From the IMG/VR virus record IMGVR_UViG_3300028284_000001: a DNA stretch of 64,000 nt; one strand, 5' to 3'. A program made the translations under genes and the position numbers. The DNA comes from a virus. Below, in pieces: positions 10,402 to 20,174 of this stretch (position 1 is its first letter; the number at the start of each line of letters is the position of its first letter). Below the pieces are notes generated by a model, which saw nothing but the letters and a program-made list of their open reading frames with translations, searched no databases and was not told where the DNA came from.

Positions 10402-12582
10402 TTACTTTTTAAATCTTTTCTTTAAGCTTTCAGCGTAGTCAGAAACATCGTATAGTGGCTTGTTTTCTTCCTCAACAACTGTTGATTCATTAACTGCCGC
10501 TAACTTTTCTAAGTCAACTTTAACCTCTCTTAGATCTCTAGTTTCCCAGAAGTTTCTAACTTGATACTCAGTTTTTAGAGTATGATAGTTTGCTTGTGCT
10601 TTAATTTGTGTTTGTTTTGCTTCAGTTAAAGATTCAAACTTCTCTTTATATTCTGCAGGCATTGCAGTCATAAATAATGGTTCGTTATTTTTAGATTCAA
10701 CAACTAGTGTTGCACCTTCAATAATTGAGTTAATTTGAGATTCATTCATGAATGCTCTTTTTGCAACTCTATTTCTAACTTCAGTTTTAGCATCTTCGTT
10801 TAGTGCATTGTAAGCTTCTTGTATAGAACCTGAAACTACATTTAAGAATGCAGGATTTTCATTTTCTTTTACTTGAGCAGCTTCTACTAATGCATCTAAC
10901 TTAGATGAAATTTCGTTTTTGTAAGCTTCTAGTGGATCGTGTGCTCCATCTTCGCCTTCAGTTTCTTCATCACCTTCACCAGCTTCAGCTTCTTCAGTTT
11001 CACCTTCTGGCTCAACTTCAGATACGTCTTCAGTTTCATCTTCTAATTCTTCAGCAGGTTGACCAGCTCCATCTTCAGCAGCAGGATCTACATCACCTTC
11101 TTTTGAATTATCACCAACTTCTTCTCCGCCTTCAGCTTCTTCTTTTTCAGCACCAGGTGCGTCAACTTCATCTTCTTCTTCAGTTACTTCTTCAGTCTCT
11201 TCAACTTCTTCAGTTTCAGCTACTTCTTCAGCACCTTCACCAGCTTCATCTTCTTCAGCTACTTCTTCAGCACCTTCACCAGCTTCATCTTCTTCAGTTA
11301 CTTCTTCAGTTTCAGCTACTTCTTTAGCTCCATCTTCACCTTCATCTTCAGCAGGTAATTCACCAAGTTCAGCTTCTTCAGTTTCATCTTTAACTTCAGC
11401 GTCAGATTTTACTGTTTCATCTTCTAAATCTTCAGCAGGAACTCCAGCTTCATCTTCTTCAGTAACTTCTTCAGTTTCTTCAACTAAATTTTCGTTAATT
11501 TGAACTGCGATATATTCAGCATACTCAGATACTGATTGTAAGTTTTCTTTTAAATACTCAACGTAAGATAATAGAGCCTTTGCAGAGTCTGTACTTTCGT
11601 TCATACTTTCAGCTAAATAATCAGAAAAGTCTTTAACTTTACTAATACCTTCAGCTAAATGCTCAGAATATTGAATGCCTTGATCTAATTTTTCAGCAAC
11701 AGCCTCAGTATAAGATATACCTTGATCTGCTTTTTCAGCAACGTGTTCTGAATACTGGATTGATTCGTCTAATTTGCCAGCTAAATACTCAACATATTCT
11801 GAGAGAGTATTAACGCTTTCGACGATGTGGTCGTTATGAGATTTTACATCTTCTAACGTGTTGTCTTCGTTTTTTGCACCGATAGACTCTTTAATGCTTT
11901 TCATTTCATTAGCTAAGTACTCAGAATACTTATTGAAATCTTCAGCTTTTACAAATTCTGCCATGTTTTTTTCTTTTATTTCTGTATTTGTGTTTGTTAT
12001 TGTAATTTCTTTTTCTGCAACTCCAGTTTCTTCGTTCATTTCATAGATCCAAAGACCTGAGTCGTTATCAAAACCATACGATTCATTTACTCTTTTTAAT
12101 TCAGCGTTAGCAAATCCAGGATCTGCAACTAAATCATAAGTAAATAATTGTTTGATTTTAACCTTTCCATTTGATTCTACAGCACCAGCAGCTCTTGAAG
12201 AGATTTGTAAAGGTACACCAGCATCAACTAGTGCTTTAGCTTGACGTCCAGCGTCAGTATCTAATAGTCTAATTTTACCTTTTACATGCTTTGATTCTTT
12301 ATCGTAGAAAAGCTCCTCAATAATGTGTGAAACATTTTTTAGAGAAACATCAAATTGCTGAGGATGATCTAACTCGCCCAATAGCTTAGAAGATTTAATC
12401 TTCTCTTGTAACTGTTGGATTTGAGGAACATACTCAGATTCAGTATAAATTCTGTTGTTTTTGTTTTTAGTGTCAATTTCACCAAAAATACCTTCGAGGA
12501 TGTACTCTTTATTGTCAGATTCCGCTACGCGTAATTGACTAGAGGACATTTCGACGATTAGTAAATCGTTAACTTTTGCCAT
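10402..12582 (-). CDS. prohead protease (gp21-like) fused to an acidic scaffold/core domain
   Basis: NKNNRIY, GELDHP, ISSRAAG, TYDLVADPG in the first ~165 aa, then YxExxAE helical repeats and a Glu-rich tract. Confidence 0.88.
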   Translation of the reverse strand: MAKVNDLLIVEMSSSQLRVAESDNKEYILEGIFGEIDTKNKNNRIYTESEYVPQIQQLQEKIKSSKLLGELDHPQQFDVSLKNVSHIIEELFYDKESKHVKGKIRLLDTDAGRQAKALVDAGVPLQISSRAAGAVESNGKVKIKQLFTYDLVADPGFANAELKRVNESYGFDNDSGLWIYEMNEETGVAEKEITITNTNTEIKEKNMAEFVKAEDFNKYSEYLANEMKSIKESIGAKNEDNTLEDVKSHNDHIVESVNTLSEYVEYLAGKLDESIQYSEHVAEKADQGISYTEAVAEKLDQGIQYSEHLAEGISKVKDFSDYLAESMNESTDSAKALLSYVEYLKENLQSVSEYAEYIAVQINENLVEETEEVTEEDEAGVPAEDLEDETVKSDAEVKDETEEAELGELPAEDEGEDGAKEVAETEEVTEEDEAGEGAEEVAEEDEAGEGAEEVAETEEVEETEEVTEEEDEVDAPGAEKEEAEGGEEVGDNSKEGDVDPAAEDGAGQPAEELEDETEDVSEVEPEGETEEAEAGEGDEETEGEDGAHDPLEAYKNEISSKLDALVEAAQVKENENPAFLNVVSGSIQEAYNALNEDAKTEVRNRVAKRAFMNESQINSIIEGATLVVESKNNEPLFMTAMPAEYKEKFESLTEAKQTQIKAQANYHTLKTEYQVRNFWETRDLREVKVDLEKLAAVNESTVVEEENKPLYDVSDYAESLKKRFKK
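11214..11297. repeat. 39-bp in-frame tandem repeat (EEDEAGEGAEEVA x2) in the acidic scaffold region
   Basis: cagctacttcttcagcaccttcaccagcttcatcttctt occurs twice in tandem. Confidence 0.85.
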
Positions 12583-12643
12583 ATCTATGGTTTTTATTAT
12601 TTTTAATATATATCATCTTCTATTTTGTGAATATCTTAATATG

Positions 12644-12985
12644 TTAAATGTCAAGGTCTAGATCATCATCTCCGCCCTCTTCTTCCTTGCCAGCATCCTT
12701 CTCTTCTTCCTTCTCTCCTTCAGCATCTTCAGTCTCTTTATCTAGATAATATTTAACTAGAACATCCATTTCACCTTCAGCAAAAGCATCTTGTCCATAT
12801 TCACTATAGAAATAATCTTTAAATTCTTTTTCAGTTTTAGATGCTGTAATAGCTCCTAGAATTTCAGCTGATTTTATTTCAGATCCTGAATCTAAGGTTA
12901 CTGGTTCCACATATATGCTTGATTCTTCACCGGCCTTTAAGGCGTCTTCGGTGATAAATTCTTCAAATGTTTTGTAAATCTTCAT
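12644..12985 (-). CDS. prohead core/internal protein with capsid-targeting-like N-terminus
   Basis: MKIYKTFEEFITE resembles the T4 CTS MKTYQEFIAE; acidic; lies between portal and protease, the position of T4 gp67/68. Confidence 0.6.
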   Translation of the reverse strand: MKIYKTFEEFITEDALKAGEESSIYVEPVTLDSGSEIKSAEILGAITASKTEKEFKDYFYSEYGQDAFAEGEMDVLVKYYLDKETEDAEGEKEEEKDAGKEEEGGDDDLDLDI

Positions 12986-13027
12986 AGTTTATATATCTCT
13001 TTTTCTTAATGATCTAGGGTTTAGCTA

Positions 13028-14626
13028 TTAAAAGCCCATCCCGTCATCTTCAGGTTCTGGTTCATCAGCAGCAGCCTTTGCAGCTTTTGCTTTAAATGAT
13101 TTATTAGCATTGATTTCATCATCGGTCAATTTTAAGTATTTTGTTACTAAATATTCTTGATCGAAGTAGTATTCTTCTTCCATAGTCTCTTGATTAGTTG
13201 TCATTAAACTATCTCTCATACTTGAGATAAAGTCTAATCTTAACTGCATGATTTCTTGATTTTTTAATTCAGCAAATACATTCTCTTCATTAAATCTTAA
13301 AGATACTTGTGTTTTGAATTGTGGATCATCAGTAAATTCTGGATATTTAAGACACATTTGAATATACAATGGCTTAACTAATATCTCTTGGAATACTGAT
13401 CTTAGTCTATTAATAAACTTAGCAAACTTAATTTCATCTCTTACCATACCGTCACCAGCTAATGCATAGTCACCACCATCATCTTCATATAAGAATCTGT
13501 TGTAAGGTATTTTAGAAACTTGTTTTAGTTTATCTTGGAAATATTTAAGAGCTTCTGTATCATTTAATTCTGGTCCTTCACCACCAAGAGTTTCAATTTC
13601 TGGAGTTTCACCATCTTTAGAAGGTAACCAATACTCTTTACTAAATTGTAACATTGGTTTACCATCTGTTGTTAATGATCCTGATTCAAAATCAAAATCA
13701 ACAACTTCTTTATAGTTATTCATTAACTGAGCTAACGATTGTTTTGCTCTAGTTTTAGATTTACCACCTACAGGTATAATAAACTTCATTCTAAATGAAG
13801 CGTTAGTTACAGCCCAGATTACTCTGGTATGTTCCATAATCCTAAGTAGGTTAAATGATCTAGTTAATCTTTCAACATAAGATACTCTTGATGCTGTTGA
13901 TAAAGAAGAATATGAAAGATAAATGATTTGAGAATCATATAACACTCTTTCTTTTACTGGATCATCTTTATATTGGATCCATACTTTCTTACCGTCGTCT
14001 TTATTAAAACCAGGCATTAGTGTTACTGGATCAATCTCTTTAAAACCTATAATCTCTTTTTGGTCTGGGGAATAAATTATCTCAAATGATAAGTAACCAT
14101 CTACTAAGAACTTTCTAAAGAAGTACCAAGCTGATTGTTCACCATTAAATCCAAAGTAGTGATAGATTTGTCTAAAGTATTTGTTAAGGTCTTTGTTAAC
14201 TTCTTCAGAAACATCAAGACCTAGAATAGAAGGTTGAGCAAAGAAATTCTTTTCATCATATACAACTGCTTCATCACAAAGTATATCTAGAATATCTTCA
14301 ACCTCATCGTTCATTGAGAATCTTCTTAATTCATCTCTTTTACCAGGATAATCAATATCAAAGAACGGTACGTTCTTCTTCATATTAATATCTGCCATGG
14401 ATAGAGCAGCAAATGCTCCGTAAATATCATCGTTGTCTAATCCGAACGGGTTCATCTCTCTATAGCCAAATTGGTCCTCCATAGGGCCAATCGCTTGAGA
14501 TTGTCTAAGTACCAGGTCATCATATCGCATACCAAAAGAACTCAGCGTCTTCAAAGCACTTGAGAGGCTAAATGGTTTTGAGTTTGAACTAAATGGTCCG
14601 TTTCGTTTGTCAGTAAATCCTGCCAT
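13028..14626 (-). CDS. portal protein (gp20-like)
   Basis: FLVDG, EYWLP..DG..PEIETLGG, RDEIKFAKFINRLR. Confidence 0.93.
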   Translation of the reverse strand: MAGFTDKRNGPFSSNSKPFSLSSALKTLSSFGMRYDDLVLRQSQAIGPMEDQFGYREMNPFGLDNDDIYGAFAALSMADINMKKNVPFFDIDYPGKRDELRRFSMNDEVEDILDILCDEAVVYDEKNFFAQPSILGLDVSEEVNKDLNKYFRQIYHYFGFNGEQSAWYFFRKFLVDGYLSFEIIYSPDQKEIIGFKEIDPVTLMPGFNKDDGKKVWIQYKDDPVKERVLYDSQIIYLSYSSLSTASRVSYVERLTRSFNLLRIMEHTRVIWAVTNASFRMKFIIPVGGKSKTRAKQSLAQLMNNYKEVVDFDFESGSLTTDGKPMLQFSKEYWLPSKDGETPEIETLGGEGPELNDTEALKYFQDKLKQVSKIPYNRFLYEDDGGDYALAGDGMVRDEIKFAKFINRLRSVFQEILVKPLYIQMCLKYPEFTDDPQFKTQVSLRFNEENVFAELKNQEIMQLRLDFISSMRDSLMTTNQETMEEEYYFDQEYLVTKYLKLTDDEINANKSFKAKAAKAAADEPEPEDDGMGF

Positions 14627-14655
14627 AATATAGTATTATTTCTGTTTTATATATC

Positions 14656-15237
14656 TCATTTATTTGGATGGTTTCTAAACATAGCTCTAATAGCTCCAAC
14701 TCCTTTACCTTCTAGATCTGTAAAGTCGCAAAGTGCTATTCTCGACCAGTGTTCAAATGATACCACTGCTTGTTGTGATTTTCGACTAGGGATATATTGT
14801 CTAATCGCGAAATCAAAGCCAAACTTAGCTAAAAAACCTTTAGCGCCATCATAGCTTAATCCTAATTGTGCTTGTGATTTTGCAGGCTTACCATCTTGTC
14901 CTTTGATAAAACCTTGGAATCTTTCATACACTACATCTAACAGTTCTTCCTTTACATTAGGAGGTAACATGTTTAAATTAATACCACAGTCATTACCGCC
15001 AGCTGGATCTAATGCTAGCACACATGGGTTCTTATCCCACCATTCTGCGTATTTTGGGTCTTCATATCTAAAAACATACAACTGTCCAGGTCTAAATCTT
15101 CTTGATGTAGTTTGTACTGCTGTTTCTCTAATAGCCTTTCTAGAATCTGTAAACCAGCTCTCTGCATCGCCTTTAGCCCTAGCTTTACCGCCAGACTCTT
15201 TAGATAATTCTCGTATGCCTTTTTTAATAGCTCCCAT
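14656..15237 (-). CDS. DNA end protector protein (gp2-like)
   Basis: PGQLYVFRY, WWDKNPCVL, GINLNMLPP, AIRQY. Confidence 0.75.
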   Translation of the reverse strand: MGAIKKGIRELSKESGGKARAKGDAESWFTDSRKAIRETAVQTTSRRFRPGQLYVFRYEDPKYAEWWDKNPCVLALDPAGGNDCGINLNMLPPNVKEELLDVVYERFQGFIKGQDGKPAKSQAQLGLSYDGAKGFLAKFGFDFAIRQYIPSRKSQQAVVSFEHWSRIALCDFTDLEGKGVGAIRAMFRNHPNK

Positions 15238-15713
15238 TATTTAAGTGTCTTTTCAGTTAATACTACAAATCTCATATTTCTACTATCGCACCATGCTTGT
15301 GCATATTTGTACTTATCAGTATTCTTAACGTATTGTTCTGCTAAAAATTTATATGATTCCAAAGCCTTCTTTGATTTTTTAAGAGGTGGCTTTGGTTTTT
15401 TGATTTGTGCTTCTGGTTTTATTTCAACTATAAACTCTTCTTCAAATCCATCTTCAGTTTTAGTTTTCATATAGAAGTCAGGATAGTATTTATGTTCTCT
15501 ATTATCCTGTCTAGAAATATATTTAATTTCTACTGGTTCGCTTGACCACTTTAATACAGTATCTTTAGTATCGCACATAATACAGAACTTTCTTTCCCAT
15601 GAGGAACGATAAATGATCGGCGTTGGGCCGATATACTTATCTGGATTTTCAGGAGTATAATATCCCTGAACAAATCCTGAGTTACCTCTAGGTTTTAAGT
15701 TCTTTATTGACAT
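15237..15713 (-). CDS. head completion nuclease (gp4-like, TnsA-type fold)
   Basis: QGYY.P.NP.KY, YRSSWE, WSSE, YYPDF, VEIKP. Confidence 0.9.
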   Translation of the reverse strand: MSIKNLKPRGNSGFVQGYYTPENPDKYIGPTPIIYRSSWERKFCIMCDTKDTVLKWSSEPVEIKYISRQDNREHKYYPDFYMKTKTEDGFEEEFIVEIKPEAQIKKPKPPLKKSKKALESYKFLAEQYVKNTDKYKYAQAWCDSRNMRFVVLTEKTLK

Positions 15714-16091
15714 TTATATGTTAAACATTCCGGAATCCCCGTCACTATTAGAAGTATTTATTCTATCCATTGACATGGTATTCTTATATTTGGTTGGATG
15801 TATCTTATTCCATCCTTTAGCATATCCTCTTTTTGCTATCTCCGTAAAGTATGCAAATGCATTGGTATACTTAGGATTAAAGTTACGCCAGTATTTTAAA
15901 AGGTCTAATATAGCAAATTGTAAGCAGTCATTTCTATCATCACTACTAACATACACTAATTTTCTAATTGCCCTCTCAGCTAAAAGAATTAACATCTTTT
16001 CAGCATCTCTCGTTAACTTATCATCCTCTAAAGATTGTACAATTTGATTGTAAAGATCTTTATTATTGAGGTAATTCTTTTTTCTTGGCAC
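15714..16091 (-). CDS. late-transcription sigma factor (gp55-like)
   Basis: NYLNNKDL, KYWRNFNP..NAFAYFTEI; GTG start. Confidence 0.85.
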   Translation of the reverse strand: MPRKKNYLNNKDLYNQIVQSLEDDKLTRDAEKMLILLAERAIRKLVYVSSDDRNDCLQFAILDLLKYWRNFNPKYTNAFAYFTEIAKRGYAKGWNKIHPTKYKNTMSMDRINTSNSDGDSGMFNI

Positions 16092-16122
16092 GATTTGTGT
16101 TGTTTAATTTACTATTATATGC

Positions 16123-16156
16123 AAAAAAGCCCGAATGTTTCGATACGGGCTTTTTT
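16123..16156. terminator. bidirectional terminator overlapping the gp55 promoter
   Basis: AAAAAAGCCCG-N12-CGGGCTTTTTT. Confidence 0.8.
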
Positions 16157-16179
16157 GTGTTATGTGGATTGCAGTATGA

Positions 16180-17367
16180 TTAAACTGCGTCTTGTGGACT
16201 TAGTGCGATCTTAAACTTTTCAATTCTAGCAGGTTCGTCTTTTATGAATACCGTAAGTATGTCATTTTTTCCTGCATTAGTATATTCAAGAGCATCTACT
16301 CTCATTTCTTGATCTTTTTGATAACCATCAGATTCTACTTTCATGGTAGCAACTACATAACCATCTTCAATATCTAAAATAGCTTCATTTTGTGTAGTAG
16401 TTAATATTTCAGAAATTCTTTTAATTTCAGATTTTAATAAGTTATCTGCAGCTTTAATATCTGGTAAGTTTCTATCAGCCTCTGCTAATCTACCAACTTG
16501 GTCATGTAAAAAAGAAATCATCTCATTGTAAAGATTAATCTTCTCATTCTTAGCTGCTCTTCTTTCAACTAAAGATTCTAATAACTCTGAGTATAATTCT
16601 GTTACATCAGCTCCTGTATGTTCTGCAACATATTCTACTGCAGCATCGGCTAATAATTTTTGGAATTTCTCAATCTTAGTATCTTCGTTTCTTCTATAAA
16701 CAAAAGCATTGTTTTCTGCTTTCATAGATACAACTGTAAGCTGGTCTTTAGTAGACGCTTCTACAAAATCTAAAACTTTATATGCTTCAAAGTTTTTAGC
16801 AGCAGTTTCAAGTAGATTAAAAATAGACTTGTCTTCATATTTAATATACGCAGCTGAAAATACAGCTTCAGATAACGGGAGACTTCCTAATGCTAATTCA
16901 ATGTTACCAGCAAAAAATGCGTTTGATTCTTTTACATAAGTAAACTGTATTGCAATTGAAGATGCTTTAGTTTCATTTAATTCAGAAGTAGTTAATTCTA
17001 TTTCTTTAGCTAATGTGATTAAGCCATTACCTTTTTTATTTGCTAATCTAAGGTTTTTAGCTGATTCGTTTAAAAACGATAATTTTTCGTTTAAGCTAGT
17101 AAGCTTATCGAAATTTTCTAAAGCATTTTCTTCAATCTTAGTTACAACATTTTTGCTGTTATAGTCATAGTAAAAAGAAATGCTATTTTCGTTTATTGTA
17201 AATAAATTATTAGCAGCAACTAGTGCATTAAACACGTCGTTAGTTTCATTAACAGTTTCTATATGAGATCCTGTTACTTTAAAATCTGTTCCAGCAACGT
17301 GGAAGATATGGCCTTGGCCATGTTCCATTATTGGTGAAATGATTTTATTGTTTTTTAAATTTGCCAT
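16180..17367 (-). CDS. hypothetical late (probably virion) protein
   Basis: 395-aa ORF with late motif at 17394-17401. Confidence 0.65.
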   Translation of the reverse strand: MANLKNNKIISPIMEHGQGHIFHVAGTDFKVTGSHIETVNETNDVFNALVAANNLFTINENSISFYYDYNSKNVVTKIEENALENFDKLTSLNEKLSFLNESAKNLRLANKKGNGLITLAKEIELTTSELNETKASSIAIQFTYVKESNAFFAGNIELALGSLPLSEAVFSAAYIKYEDKSIFNLLETAAKNFEAYKVLDFVEASTKDQLTVVSMKAENNAFVYRRNEDTKIEKFQKLLADAAVEYVAEHTGADVTELYSELLESLVERRAAKNEKINLYNEMISFLHDQVGRLAEADRNLPDIKAADNLLKSEIKRISEILTTTQNEAILDIEDGYVVATMKVESDGYQKDQEMRVDALEYTNAGKNDILTVFIKDEPARIEKFKIALSPQDAV

Positions 17368-17411
17368 CTTGGTTGTTTTATTTTCTATATTAGTATATAT
17401 CAGTTAAATTT

Positions 17412-18485
17412 TTAATCTATTTTACCTCCGAATGGATAGTCTCTTCCTGTAACATTATATTGATCTCCAAGCATAGAATTATCATCTTCTGATTTAGCGT
17501 CTGTTGACGACGGGCCGTTCTTAATTGTAAACATTCTATTAGACTGTTTTCTTCTTTTAGAAACTCTTTTAATTTGAGATTCTGTTGTTTGTTCTTGACC
17601 TAAAGTACCTATAACATCTGGATGTGAACAATCTTTACCATCTTCTACTTTTATCCATTCAGTTCCATTAGACTCCCATTTTGAAGGATGGTAGCTATCA
17701 TAATATACATTAGGTGTCATGGCAGGATCTAAGAATCCATTAGGATTTCCATAGTCGCCACATGTAGCATTAGCATACGTAGTTCTAGTGAATTTTCTAT
17801 AAGTATCTTCTTCAAAATCAAATGAGGGTACGAATGAATTAATTTCTAAACTAAAAGTAATTTTATGATTTGCTTTATCATCAAATGAATATTCAACAGG
17901 TCTTTCTTGTGAATAATCATCAGGCATCATATACTCAGATGAAATTCTATAAGTTCCTTCTTCTAAATGACCAGCATCTATATTATAGAAATTAGCCTTA
18001 TACATTTTCTTTACAATAGATTCAGTAACTTTAAATAGATCTAATTGGCTTGATACTATTATTTCAATATCAACTCCTATTACACATGGAATCATTTCAA
18101 ATTCGGCTACATAGCCTTCCATTAAGCCATCTTCGTTCATCATCGAATATTGACCCATGTTTCTTTTATTAACTAGCTTACCAGGATCTACAGCAAACGA
18201 TGTTAGGTTTACAATACCTCTTGGTACTTTATCGTAATTACCATCTGCAAACTGACCATCAGGATCACATCCAGGGCCATTTACATTTGAAAATAGAAAA
18301 GCATCTTTTAAAAAGTTTTCATCTCCAGATACTGCATAAAAGAAGGGTACATCAACAACAACTCTCTCGTCATTGCTAATTTGTCTAAAAAAACTCAGTT
18401 TACTATTGAGGTCTGCTAAGAGTCCAACAACAATGTGTCTGATAACTGAATCGTCTTTATTAAATTTTAAATTATATGTTGCCAT
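17412..18485 (-). CDS. tail terminator/sheath stabiliser (gp15-like)
   Basis: VDVPFFY, VPRGIVNLTSFAVDP..LVNK pattern; late promoter. Confidence 0.6.
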   Translation of the reverse strand: MATYNLKFNKDDSVIRHIVVGLLADLNSKLSFFRQISNDERVVVDVPFFYAVSGDENFLKDAFLFSNVNGPGCDPDGQFADGNYDKVPRGIVNLTSFAVDPGKLVNKRNMGQYSMMNEDGLMEGYVAEFEMIPCVIGVDIEIIVSSQLDLFKVTESIVKKMYKANFYNIDAGHLEEGTYRISSEYMMPDDYSQERPVEYSFDDKANHKITFSLEINSFVPSFDFEEDTYRKFTRTTYANATCGDYGNPNGFLDPAMTPNVYYDSYHPSKWESNGTEWIKVEDGKDCSHPDVIGTLGQEQTTESQIKRVSKRRKQSNRMFTIKNGPSSTDAKSEDDNSMLGDQYNVTGRDYPFGGKID

Positions 18486-18503
18486 AGAGTATATATCACT
18501 CTA

Positions 18504-20174
18504 TTAATCTATGTTCTCTATCGTGAATTTAGAGAATCCATTTTCTCGATATATTTCAATCTTCTTGTCAAAAATTTCATGTGGTAATACCGAGTGATTA
18601 ATTACGAATGTATTTATTTCATGTTCCTTAATTACTTGATTTAAAATCTTCAATATATTGTAAACACCATCATGGTCTACTGAAGACAATAACTCATCTA
18701 AGAACAATAAGTTTAATTGTGGGAATCTTAATTTTAAGATTTTAATGATTGCAATAATTACAATAAAGTCTGCTTTCTTACGCTCACCTGTTGAAAGTGT
18801 CATTGGATTAATATCTTCACCTAGGTGATTAATAATACAATTAAACTTCTCATCAAACCTAATATGGAATTGCAAGTGCATCGTTTGTGCCATTGCAGCT
18901 ATATTAGTATTAAGTCCTGGTAGAATAGTTTTTACTGCAAGATTCTTTACTCCATCCTCACCTAAGATATTTTCTACAACTTCCATAAAATTATAGTCTG
19001 CATTTAAGGTATCTTTACTTGTAGATTTAGCAGCCTCTTTTTCTTCAAATTCTGTAATAAGATTTCTTAAGTGGTCAAAGTCTGAACCTTCTGGAGTATC
19101 TTTTAATTTAACGAGTTCTCCTTTAAGTCCTCGCATTGTTACTTTGTTATCTGAGATCTGACCCTCTAGTTCTAGCTTAGTCTCTCTTGCTGTAATTACT
19201 TTTTCTTGTAATTCATCCATCTCAGCCTTAATTGATTTAATCTGATCTGTACTCGATTCTATCTTATCTGCAAATTCTACTTTCTGAGTTTTGTGCCAAT
19301 CTGAAGTTAACTTAGTTTCACATGTTGGGCAATGTCCACTTTCATATAACTCTAACTTCTTATTTAGATAATCAATCTCTCTTTTAATATCTCCAGCCTC
19401 TGTGCGCTTTTCGTTATATTGAGTATTGAAGGTATTCATTGCACCCTCTTCTTTTTTACGATTAGCATCAATATCTAATACCACTTCATGAAGAGCTACT
19501 AGCTCATCTTTTAATTCTTGGATCTTAGATTTATTTACATTTTTAGATTCTTCTAACAGAGTATTTAGTTTACCTCTAACAGATCCAATTGAATTCATTA
19601 TCTCATTTAACTCAGCATCAAAAGCATCAATATCAAATTTAATATCTCTACGTTCGTCTTTGATTTGCTTTTGCATATCATTAAGAATAGAGAAGCCAAA
19701 CATTCTATCAATAATTTGTTTCTTATCTGAATTGTTCATAGTTAAAAATGACTTAAAGTCATTTACCGATAGAATAATTATATTTTTAAATACGTGGTAT
19801 GGAATACCGAATACTTCATCTTCTAAATATTCTTGTACAGATTTTTTACCAGCTTTATCAAATTCAACCCCATTAATTAAGACGCTAAATCTACTTGGAG
19901 CAATGCCCCTTTCTATTTCTATCTTCATAGTACCGCATTGTAAACCAATTTTTACATGAAGTTCTTTATTAATACGATTAGGTAGATCTGCTAATTTTAC
20001 ACCTTCTACTTTTCCATATAGGCCATAAATAATAGCGTTGGCAATAGTAGTTTTACCATGACCATTTTTACCTAGAGTCAAAAATAACTCAGAAGTATCT
20101 TGCTTAAATTCTATCCTCTGTACTTGATTCCCATAAGAAGCAAAGTTCTTAAACTCAATATAGTCTATTCTCAT
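18504..20174 (-). CDS. recombination ATPase gp46 (SbcC/Rad50-like)
   Basis: FKNFASYGN, GKNGHGKTT, CPTC zinc hook, LSTGE, LFLDE. Confidence 0.93.
   Translation of the reverse strand: MRIDYIEFKNFASYGNQVQRIEFKQDTSELFLTLGKNGHGKTTIANAIIYGLYGKVEGVKLADLPNRINKELHVKIGLQCGTMKIEIERGIAPSRFSVLINGVEFDKAGKKSVQEYLEDEVFGIPYHVFKNIIILSVNDFKSFLTMNNSDKKQIIDRMFGFSILNDMQKQIKDERRDIKFDIDAFDAELNEIMNSIGSVRGKLNTLLEESKNVNKSKIQELKDELVALHEVVLDIDANRKKEEGAMNTFNTQYNEKRTEAGDIKREIDYLNKKLELYESGHCPTCETKLTSDWHKTQKVEFADKIESSTDQIKSIKAEMDELQEKVITARETKLELEGQISDNKVTMRGLKGELVKLKDTPEGSDFDHLRNLITEFEEKEAAKSTSKDTLNADYNFMEVVENILGEDGVKNLAVKTILPGLNTNIAAMAQTMHLQFHIRFDEKFNCIINHLGEDINPMTLSTGERKKADFIVIIAIIKILKLRFPQLNLLFLDELLSSVDHDGVYNILKILNQVIKEHEINTFVINHSVLPHEIFDKKIEIYRENGFSKFTIENID

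Noticed and set aside
10905-11327. 140-aa Leu/Gln/His-rich plus-strand ORF
   Set aside because: Antisense shadow of the Glu-rich repeat region of the protease-scaffold gene
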